From Telmatocola sphagniphila (GTDB lineage Bacteria; Planctomycetota; Planctomycetia; Gemmatales; Gemmataceae), in contig NZ_CP074694.1 in assembly GCF_018398935.1 (NCBI RefSeq), positions 6,480,001-6,512,000 of the forward strand: a stretch of DNA of 32,000 bases, written 5' to 3'. Of this stretch, positions 21,546-29,265 are shown piece after piece. The notes below the pieces were generated by a model that saw only the letters and a list, made by a program, of their open reading frames with translations, was not told the DNA's origin and did not search any database. The position numbers and the translations under genes were made by a program. How positions within the stretch are numbered: position 1 is the first letter of the stretch; each line of letters starts with the position of its first letter.

Positions 21546-23480
21546 CTATCGCGCTTTAGGAGTCATCACCGGTTGTTCACCCTCCAGGATTGGTTCCTCG
21601 GAGAGCATGCGCCGCAAATGGTTGATGCCGTTGGTGGTTCTTTGTGAGATCGTGCCGCGCGGACAGCCGAGGATCTGGGCCGCTTCTTTTTGCGATCTTC
21701 CTTCCAGATATCTCAACGAGATCGCTTCACGTAACGGCGGAGAGAGTTTCTGAAGTGCGGCATACAATTCTTCACTGAGAAACAGCGATTTCAAATCGGA
21801 AGCCAGTGTTTCTTCTTTCGCGGCCGCGCGTTCTCGCATCTTCCGGCGCTTGCGGGATCTTAACAAACTGATGGCGGAGTTGCGGGCCACTTTTTGTAGC
21901 CACCACTGCAAATTGGAGGGGAAGCGAACTTGCAGTTGTGTCAGCGCCAAAAACGCAAACTGACAAACATCTTCCGCATCGGCCCAATTGCCGAGAATTC
22001 GCAGGCAAGAATTCAGTACCGGGCCGTGATACTGGGACGTTAGAGCATTAAAGGCCTCGCGGGAGCCGCTCTGTCGGAACGCCTCGAACAGGGCCCCGTC
22101 GCTAGGTCGAGCCGGACCTGAAATCATAAATTGAGTGACCGTACGGCCCGCGACTTGAGAAGAAATATTCTCGTGAAGTGTTAGAGTCACAATCTCCGGG
22201 GAGCTTCCTTCGAGTTGCGGGCCCGCCAAAACCGGGATGGAGTTGGTAGCGGGGGCCATGCTGGCTACCCGTTCCGTTACCAGCATGGCATTAGCGTCGT
22301 AGGCCGCCAGAGTATATTGCAATTGAAGGTTGGAACTGGTCGTCTGGGAGACGTTGATCGTGAAGAGGCTGGTACTCGATTCGAGAACTTGCTGACTGCC
22401 GGAAATTCCACTCGCAATAACTATCTTCGGGGAACTGAGCGAAATGGAATCGCTGGTAGCCCCATGTGGCGAGACGGCCATGGTCGTTGGCATCGTCGCC
22501 GAGTTGACCGGGGCCATCATCGTCGTAATCCAATCCGGGTTGGATTGATCGACGTTCGTTGTCGGCGGGGTCGCCGGGAGGTTGATGGTCTGCACCCCGC
22601 CATCGCTGATCTTCAGATCGATCGGGGTGAAGCTATTGGAGTTAGTGCCGGGATCGGTGCCCGCCGTCGTGGTGGAGAGATCCGACGAGTTTGAGAAAGG
22701 AGAATCGTTCGGTAAGGAGCTCGAAGAAGCGGGACTGCTGGGGCCGGCAGCGGGGGGAGTGACCAACGCTGCATGCGTAATGGCGAAGAATTGGTTGGCA
22801 GTGCCGAGATTCGATAACCCTGCGGCCACACGAGTCGAGCCGGGCAGAAAATTCAGCAGATCAGCGGTACTGGCGGTCGAAGGGGAGGCGTAGCCCGGAT
22901 TCGCGCTGGCTACCGCTTGAACATTTTCGGGAAGCGAGGTTGTAGCCGCGGCAGGTGCAGGTGTCACAGGCGCCGTAGGCACAAACAAATCGACCAGCGA
23001 ATCGCCCAGACCCGATCCGTTTAAGAGATTACCACGATCAAAAGAGGTAAGCGGATCGTTAGCTGGCGGCGCTGCGAAGTTCGAAAGCGGCCCAGCGGCT
23101 GTTATTTCGACGGAGGAAAAAACCGAAAAGGTAACTTCGGTAGAGCTGGCCGACGAAGTCGGTAACTGGCTTCGCGTCGGCGGGGCGGTGGCTGGCACGG
23201 AGGCATCGTACTGGGAAATCAATGCCGGTTGTTGAGGAAGGAAAGTGAAGCTGCCATCGAGCGCCGCGAGAGCGGAGGGGCCGTTGCGGGCTTCGAGGTT
23301 CAGGACGGTCAGTTTGGCGCCCCGACGGTTCGACGTCATCGGTAGCTTGGGTTCCGGACGAAGTCGCGGCAGCCACTTACTACTCAGAATCATGGAACGT
23401 TCCATAGGGACATAGAACCAGTTCGATCGGTTTTTTACAATAGCGACTGGTAGTTGCTGACAATCCGTGTCGAGCACCAT
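21546..23480 (-). CDS. ECF-type sigma-70 family factor (C-terminal 193 aa) fused to a ~450-aa Ser/Thr/Pro-rich N-terminal region
   Basis: C-terminus carries sigma region 2 (FNALTSQYHGPVLNSCLRILGNWADAEDVCQFAFLAL...WWLQKVARNSAISLLRSRKRR) and region 4 (LREAISLRYLEGRSQKEAAQILGCPRGTISQRTTNGINHLRRML). One uninterrupted 644-codon ORF. Internal ATG at 22127 (MISGPARPSDGALFEAF). Alternative N-terminal ATGs at 23405 and 23393. Confidence 0.8.
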   Translation of the reverse strand: MVLDTDCQQLPVAIVKNRSNWFYVPMERSMILSSKWLPRLRPEPKLPMTSNRRGAKLTVLNLEARNGPSALAALDGSFTFLPQQPALISQYDASVPATAPPTRSQLPTSSASSTEVTFSVFSSVEITAAGPLSNFAAPPANDPLTSFDRGNLLNGSGLGDSLVDLFVPTAPVTPAPAAATTSLPENVQAVASANPGYASPSTASTADLLNFLPGSTRVAAGLSNLGTANQFFAITHAALVTPPAAGPSSPASSSSLPNDSPFSNSSDLSTTTAGTDPGTNSNSFTPIDLKISDGGVQTINLPATPPTTNVDQSNPDWITTMMAPVNSATMPTTMAVSPHGATSDSISLSSPKIVIASGISGSQQVLESSTSLFTINVSQTTSSNLQLQYTLAAYDANAMLVTERVASMAPATNSIPVLAGPQLEGSSPEIVTLTLHENISSQVAGRTVTQFMISGPARPSDGALFEAFRQSGSREAFNALTSQYHGPVLNSCLRILGNWADAEDVCQFAFLALTQLQVRFPSNLQWWLQKVARNSAISLLRSRKRRKMRERAAAKEETLASDLKSLFLSEELYAALQKLSPPLREAISLRYLEGRSQKEAAQILGCPRGTISQRTTNGINHLRRMLSEEPILEGEQPVMTPKAR

Positions 23481-23774
23481 AGAGCCTCTCGTTTAGATCT
23501 ATGCGGGCCTCCAATTAGATATAAACGATGCCCAACGGCGATTTGCTCACTCAAAAAAAATAATTTTTGAGGAAAGCGGATAAAGAGGCCATTTCACGAG
23601 AAAATCTCGAGAAAAAACCGCATCAAACTTTTCCCATCGGGAGTTCTTATCACGGCCAGCTACGAGAAACTATCGGATACGCTTCAGCGAAAGATTTCGG
23701 GAGAAATTCCCCTGGGAACCGGTGAAAAATTCTTTCCGGAAGAGTTCACCATCGCTCATTATGGGCGGCCGCTC

Positions 23775-24230
23775 TTGTTGGGAGCGGCCGTGGCTACCGT
23801 GGGGACGGGACTGGTGCTAATCGGTTCCTACGGCTGCGTGCAAGGTCCGTTAGGTGACTGGCCCAAATACGCCTGCAGCTATCTCCCTCTTTTTACGGGA
23901 GTTGGGTTCCTCGGGGTGGGATATGGGATTCTCTGTCGAGTGCCTCCCCGAACGACCGTTCTGAAAACCCAACAGGCCGGGCAGAAAACGCCGTACGGAA
24001 TCTATCTGCTGGATAACGAACTCATCTCCGTTACCTGGAAGGACACGCTCATCATTTCGCGAGAAGATTTGCAGCCCCTCGATGGCGGTAGTCTAAGTTA
24101 CCGTGCGAGAGGACGGCTGCGATCCCGGCGACTGCCTCGCACGCTTTGCGGGCAGACTTTGGAAGAGTTGAAAGAGGAAATTGTTCGCTGGCAAAAGAAA
24201 ACAGCTTCACCGAAAGGCGAAGCTGATTAG
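23775..24230 (+). CDS. Small two-TM membrane protein, hypothetical; start uncertain
   Basis: 151 aa from a TTG. Two hydrophobic helices (AAVATVGTGLVLIGSYG; YLPLFTGVGFLGVGYGIL), then a soluble basic tail. The frame is open a further 68 codons upstream (from 23571) without an ATG/GTG/TTG. Confidence 0.5.
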   Translation: MLGAAVATVGTGLVLIGSYGCVQGPLGDWPKYACSYLPLFTGVGFLGVGYGILCRVPPRTTVLKTQQAGQKTPYGIYLLDNELISVTWKDTLIISREDLQPLDGGSLSYRARGRLRSRRLPRTLCGQTLEELKEEIVRWQKKTASPKGEAD

Positions 24231-24244
24231 GTTTTCCGCATTCA

Positions 24245-25984
24245 TTACAGGCCGGGACGGGGTGGCTTGATGGGATCCTGAAAAGCATTGCACCCTTTGA
24301 TTTTCACCTTTCGACTATAAATTTTATCTCCGCAACACGCGTAGATTGTGTCGAAGTTTTTCCCTCCGAAGGTCAGATTTGCCAGCTTGCCGTTGGGCGT
24401 CGGAACAATCATGTGCACTCGGCCAACGGGATCGCAAATCTGAATGCCGTAGCGGGTGGCTACGTAGAGATTCCCTTCGGTATCCACTCGCATACCATCG
24501 GCACCGCTCTCGTCTTCGCTATCGCGCACGTGCAGGTGGAAAAACTTCTGTTTGTACTTCAGAGAACCATCGGGCTGGATCTGATAACTGTACACCCAGT
24601 GGGTGGCACTATCGGAGACGTAGAGCAAAGTCTGATCGGGCGAGGTGCAGATGCCATTGGAGAAGCGCAGGCCCTTGTCGACCACTTTCTTCTCACCCAT
24701 CGGGCTGATGTAAATAATCTCGCTCTGCCGGCGATTAGCCCAATCGGGGAAGGTGACGTACTTGCTGCCATTCTGCAAAACCACGATATCGTTACCCTTG
24801 AAGCCGCTGGCGATATCGGCTCCCACGCCTTTGGGATCATAAGCAATGATTTTGTCCACACCGGAGGCCACGGCGTAGAGTCTGCCATCCGGGCCAAAAA
24901 TCTGCCCGTCGCTGCGGCTATTGGCCTCCAGGAATACGGAAACCTTGCCTTCGAGATCGACCTTATAAGTCTTCGAGCGAGGTACGTCATTGAAGAAGAC
25001 CTCGCCATTGGCATTCACGGCCGGCCCTTCAGTGGCCTGGTAGCCTTCGCCGACCAGTTTCCAGCCTTCCTTGGGGAAGAAGGTCTTTTTGAAATCGGCA
25101 GAACCTTCGGGCGTTTTCACGGGCTCGGGCCAGTTCTTCCAGAGCCATTTGAAAGCATCCGGGAAGAGTTCCGTCGAATGTCGGCCATCATGCCGGCCTT
25201 CCCCCCAGTTGTGATCGACTTCGTAGCCCATGAACTGGAAGGAGCGTTCCATCGCCTGATTGGCGATCCACCAGTCGCCGCCGTAGATGTTGTTGTCGTT
25301 GCTGCCGTCTTCCAGGAAGATGCGGATCGGTTTGGGTTCCATTTTGCGGATCAGTGTCGGGTAGTTATGGCCCCCCCGCAGACCGACGTAGGTGCCGATG
25401 CCGCTGAAGACTCGTGTGAACGCGTCCGGGCGTTCCCAGGCGGCCGTGAACGCGGCGATGGCTCCACTGGAAGTTCCCGCAATACTGCGATCGTTGCCGC
25501 TCTTGGAAAGGCGAATGGCCCGACCATCCTGGGTTTGCAATTTCTCGACTGCCGGAAGGATTTCTTCCAGGAGGAATCGGGCATAGGCATCGCCTAGCCC
25601 ATCATACTCGTAACTGCGATTGAAGCGATCCAGGGCCTTGCTCGAATCGGCCGCTTTTACCACACCGGGCGGGATGAAGACGCCGATCATCACCGGGATT
25701 TCCCTGGCGGCGATCAACTTGTCGAAAACCTGGGGAGCATTGAATTGAATGCCGTCCTGATTGACGTGAACGCAGGCCGGGGTCTTTCCGTCGTATTGCC
25801 TGGGGACATAGACGGAAACGGTGCGGGTGGTGCCCGGAAAGATTTTGCTGTCCTTGAACTCGAAGCGAAGCATCTCTCCTTCAAGTTTCGGCGGTTCGTT
25901 TTTCTTTTCCTGGGCCAGTAGAGAGAGACCTAGTCCCATGACAAAAGTTAACGCGGCAAAAAATCGAATCGAAATTCGGCGCAT
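24245..25984 (-). CDS. Secreted two-domain protein: esterase (PF00756-like) plus SMP-30/gluconolactonase/LRE-like beta-propeller
   Basis: 579 aa. Signal peptide MRRISIRFFAALTFVMGLGLSLLAQ. Esterase part with the GTSSG nucleophile elbow (SIAGTSSGAIAAF). The C-terminal half has SGL-like blades (...SNGICTSPDQTLLYVSDS..., ADGMRVDTEGNLYVATRYGIQICDP..., NLTFGGKNFDTIYA). Confidence 0.85.
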   Translation of the reverse strand: MRRISIRFFAALTFVMGLGLSLLAQEKKNEPPKLEGEMLRFEFKDSKIFPGTTRTVSVYVPRQYDGKTPACVHVNQDGIQFNAPQVFDKLIAAREIPVMIGVFIPPGVVKAADSSKALDRFNRSYEYDGLGDAYARFLLEEILPAVEKLQTQDGRAIRLSKSGNDRSIAGTSSGAIAAFTAAWERPDAFTRVFSGIGTYVGLRGGHNYPTLIRKMEPKPIRIFLEDGSNDNNIYGGDWWIANQAMERSFQFMGYEVDHNWGEGRHDGRHSTELFPDAFKWLWKNWPEPVKTPEGSADFKKTFFPKEGWKLVGEGYQATEGPAVNANGEVFFNDVPRSKTYKVDLEGKVSVFLEANSRSDGQIFGPDGRLYAVASGVDKIIAYDPKGVGADIASGFKGNDIVVLQNGSKYVTFPDWANRRQSEIIYISPMGEKKVVDKGLRFSNGICTSPDQTLLYVSDSATHWVYSYQIQPDGSLKYKQKFFHLHVRDSEDESGADGMRVDTEGNLYVATRYGIQICDPVGRVHMIVPTPNGKLANLTFGGKNFDTIYACCGDKIYSRKVKIKGCNAFQDPIKPPRPGL

Positions 25985-26090
25985 GGAGAGGAATCCTGGG
26001 GGAAAAAAACGGTGGGTCTAGCCTTTATAGCTATTCCCCGGTTCCATCGTCTTTCGATTTTTGCCCAGCCGGAAGGAGTCGTCGCCTCTT

Positions 26091-27104
26091 CTACACTTCC
26101 CGGCTCTTCCAGAGTTGTCGTCCCAGAATGGGATCCCGCTCAGTGAAGTCGCGGGAACTTGGATCATTGCGCAGACAGCGCTGAAACATTTCCATTTTCG
26201 CATCCAGATCGTCCGCATGATGAACGATCAAGACCTCCGGAACCGCGGGCAATCGCGGCGAGCCCCATTCCGGCAGGGCCAGATGAGCCAGCACGACATG
26301 TTCGAGAAGCTTGAGTAAGTGCGGATGGAGTTCGGGAAAGAGGGCGCCGGCCTGACGAACCAGATCCCGCCCGAGAATGGAATGTCCCGCCAGTCGTCCC
26401 TCAATGGTGGTTTCCGTCCAGTCGAAAAATTCGGGACTGGGCCGAAGTTCCACGGCCCGGCCGATCTCATGCAAGATTGCTCCGGCCAGCACAATGTCGG
26501 TATTCAACGGCGGTTGTGAGTCGGCGTAGATCGTTCGATACCGCTCGGCCAGAATCAGACTGTGCTCGGCGACGCGCAGAGTATGTTCCAGCCAACCGCC
26601 GGCAAAGGGGTAGTAGTGCTTCGGGGAGGCGGGCAGGCGCAGCAAGGCCTCGCGATGGGTTTCAAGCAGATAAAGAACGAGATTTTTCAGGGAAGTATCG
26701 AGTAGCCGTTCCGACGCGAGGGAGCACAGCGCAGAAAAAGCTTCTTCGGGCGGTTTCCGATAACGCTCGATGTACTCGATTTCGGTGAAACCTTCCCGCC
26801 GGTCCTTTTCGTTAACGGGACGAAGGCCCAGCAGTTCGATCTGAGAACCAAATTCTTTGTGATCGATGTATTTGGCCCGCAACCGGTAGAATCGACCGAT
26901 CTGCCAGGTTTTTTCGCAATCGTCGAAGTGAAAAGAATCGCTCCAGATCAGAGTTCCGGCGGTGCGCTTGGCGTCCTTGAATCGGCAGAGGAAGTAGGGC
27001 TTGCGGTCGCGCGATTCGCTCTTTTGACGCTCCGTGAGAAGAGCGAAAAATTCGCCGACTTGATTGGGCTGCATTTCGAAAAGGCGGACCAGGGGCGATG
27101 CCAA
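26091..27104 (-). CDS. YhaM-like OB-fold + HD-domain protein (putative 3'-5' exoribonuclease family), HD dyad reads HE
   Basis: 337 aa. N-terminal OB-like region (VGEFFALLTERQ...KPYFLCRFKDAKRTAGTLIW). HD region GGWLEHTLRVAEHSL...LAGAILHEIGR...HVVLAHLALPEWGSPRLPAVPEVLIVHHADDLDAKM parallels YhaM as I recall it. The start at 27104 is a TTG, with an alternative ATG at 27074. Confidence 0.75.
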   Translation of the reverse strand: MASPLVRLFEMQPNQVGEFFALLTERQKSESRDRKPYFLCRFKDAKRTAGTLIWSDSFHFDDCEKTWQIGRFYRLRAKYIDHKEFGSQIELLGLRPVNEKDRREGFTEIEYIERYRKPPEEAFSALCSLASERLLDTSLKNLVLYLLETHREALLRLPASPKHYYPFAGGWLEHTLRVAEHSLILAERYRTIYADSQPPLNTDIVLAGAILHEIGRAVELRPSPEFFDWTETTIEGRLAGHSILGRDLVRQAGALFPELHPHLLKLLEHVVLAHLALPEWGSPRLPAVPEVLIVHHADDLDAKMEMFQRCLRNDPSSRDFTERDPILGRQLWKSREV

Positions 27105-27206
27105 ATTTCACCTCGGAGCTAGAGGCGGGACTTTAGGGGAATTATGAAACTCATTGAATGCGAGTTCATCAGGTGAGGCAAGTCGTAGAGATCCTTACAT
27201 TTCCGC

Positions 27207-28091
27207 TTATTCTTCCTCCACACTGTCGCTGACATTGGGAAGGCGAGCTTTTTCGATCAGCCAGAAAAGAATATGCGGATTGGGGATTGAGGCAATCGGG
27301 AACATTTTCCAGGGGCGTTTTCGACCGACCCGGAAGATGGAATATGTTCCAGAGGTGATCAGGGTCGACTGGCATTCGTACCAGGCGAGGGAGTCTTTCT
27401 TGTGGCTGAGGCCGCCCGGGCCGACGACCAGTTCGCCGAATTCGAGTCTCTCACCCAATTGATACTGCTGCCAAAGGGCCGGCCATTTGCGGGAGAAGAC
27501 TTCGGCTTGAATTCGCTCGCCCAGCGAGGCCGAATTCTCCAGCGAACTTGGGATTGTGAGCTCTTCGCCGTCTTCGCGAAGGATGGTCATCTGCATGGTT
27601 TGAAACTGGCCGGCCGCTTTCAGAAGTGGCACGGCGACTTTCCATTCCTGCACCTGGGGATGCTCCGCATCGTACCAGGGGGCGGCCGCCGTGGAACCGT
27701 GATAGTTCTTGAAACTGATCGATTGCAGTTCGTCCCAGGGAAAACTGACAATGGTTCCGCGTTTCCAGCAGAGCAGGCCCATGGGGAAGCGCAGGACCCA
27801 GAGGCCACGGTGTCGGAGGATCTGGCCGATCATGGCGATGCTGAAAATCAGCGGGCCGAACAGCAGTAGAAAGATGAACTTATCCGCGAATCGGATATTA
27901 AAGACGAACCAATAGAGGTAGTTCAGCACGCCTGAGAGGAGAATGCCGCCGATCGCGTAGACCAGTCGTTCGCGAAAAATGCGCTGAGTAAAGCGGTGGA
28001 CGGAAAGCGGGGGTCCCAGTTTGGCTACCGGAGCGTTGAATTCTTCCGGCCAGTCAGGCGGGATAGTGTCGATGATTTCTTCTTCAGCCAT
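27207..28091 (-). CDS. Hypothetical two-TM membrane protein with PH-like soluble repeats
   Basis: 294 aa, ATG start. TM hairpin (LVYAIGGILLSGVLNYLYWFVF; FIFLLLFGPLIFSIAMIGQIL). It is followed by segments resembling bacterial PH-domain patterns (GLLCWKRGTIVSFPWDELQSISF; LSHKKDSLAWYECQSTLITSGTYSIFRV). The fold assignment is tentative. Confidence 0.6.
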   Translation of the reverse strand: MAEEEIIDTIPPDWPEEFNAPVAKLGPPLSVHRFTQRIFRERLVYAIGGILLSGVLNYLYWFVFNIRFADKFIFLLLFGPLIFSIAMIGQILRHRGLWVLRFPMGLLCWKRGTIVSFPWDELQSISFKNYHGSTAAAPWYDAEHPQVQEWKVAVPLLKAAGQFQTMQMTILREDGEELTIPSSLENSASLGERIQAEVFSRKWPALWQQYQLGERLEFGELVVGPGGLSHKKDSLAWYECQSTLITSGTYSIFRVGRKRPWKMFPIASIPNPHILFWLIEKARLPNVSDSVEEE

Positions 28092-28356
28092 GTCCTAATT
28101 CTATTCGAAAAAAGCGCTTTTATCTTATCCGAATCAGGGCGAATTCCTGTAGGGAATTTCGAGTGGATCTTACCCGGGGAGCTTTGCCTATTGCTCGCTG
28201 CCTAAAAAGCAGTCCGTCGGAACGGCGTTCACTGGCTTGAAGAAGATTCAGTGAGAGTTTGGTTGTGGCTTACTTGGAGCGTTTTGATAAAGAATTCAGA
28301 ATGTCAAAGCGACAAAAAGTGTTTCAAAATGACCAAACTGGCAGATTTTCAACGAG

Positions 28357-28429
<73 letters not shown>

Positions 28430-28492
28430 GATTGTTCTTCTAGGTTATTGTCCCCCGTGCATGAAGTCAACGGGGGGAAGAAAAAAGCTGCA

Positions 28493-28759
28493 TCAGGACT
28501 GGGAAACCGTCTGCGGGGCGAAAGTTGCACCGATCATGCGACGAAGCATTTGAGCGAGGTTCATACCCCGTTGCTGGGCGACGTTTTCCATCAACTGAAT
28601 CTGCCAGCGCGGCAGGAGCAGGGAGATTTCGACAATCTCTGTCTCGGTTGAAGTTTGCTCTGGCTTCGTGATGGGTTGGCTTAACCCGATTGTGGCAACC
28701 ATGACTCCGTACACTCCGTTCTTCCAGTGATATACTGGGAGAGACATTTCATCTTTCAA
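28493..28759 (-). CDS. Small hypothetical protein, possible ribbon-helix-helix fold at the C-terminus
   Basis: 88 aa with an ATG start and a coding-like composition. The segment EIVEISLLLPRWQIQLMENVAQQRGMNLAQMLRRMI has the strand-helix-helix spacing typical of CopG/Arc-type RHH domains. This is pattern recognition only. Confidence 0.5.
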   Translation of the reverse strand: MKDEMSLPVYHWKNGVYGVMVATIGLSQPITKPEQTSTETEIVEISLLLPRWQIQLMENVAQQRGMNLAQMLRRMIGATFAPQTVSQS

Positions 28760-28974
28760 TTTGTTCGCGTCAAAAGTGAATACACATTCCGTGCCGATTC
28801 AGGAAATTTGCGAGACGAGCAATGCGATCCTCAATGAATTGTGAAGATTACCGAACGGCCAAAAAAAGCGCTCAGCATAGGAATTACGCACAGAATGTAT
28901 TAGTTTCTTGCATTTCGAAAAAATTAGGGAAAAGGGATCGCCTCGCGATTTTATTATTATAAGACCGTTTGATT

Positions 28975-29003
28975 TTGTGGTAGAGTGGCGAGTTTTTTAC
29001 AAT
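28975..29003 (+). promoter_or_regulatory. Candidate sigma70-type promoter for the large coiled-coil gene
   Basis: TTGTGG-N17-TACAAT in an A+T-rich spacer, about 260 nt upstream of the ATG at 29266. Hexamer match by eye only. Confidence 0.2.
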
Positions 29004-29265
29004 AGTTGCAAATATTATTTGGTCTCACTTCAAAAAAAGTGTGAAAATAGGAAAATTTCCTGCTAAGACGTACTAGGTTTGCATTTGAATCTGTAAGTCA
29101 CCGTCGCATCCGAGAAGACTCCCGGACCTCGAGTTCGCCTCTTCAAGGATTCTTCCAGAAGAACTGGCTTACTCCGTTCAAACCGTGTGCTATGGAATAC
29201 TTAGGGTTGAGATAAGCTCGCGCTAGTCCGTCCTTTAAGCTTGCTTGTGATGGGGACCGCCGATC

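Noticed and set aside
17049-25597. Other internal or antisense ORFs: 17049..17657, 17186..17794, 17862..18623, 19290..19910, 20417..20830, 20849..21427, 22215..22694, 24413..25597
   Set aside because: Each is nested in, or antisense to, a gene with clear family motifs (UbiD-family, DHH, ECF, esterase/SGL) or a better-supported ORF, and each has Arg/Gly-rich shadow composition.
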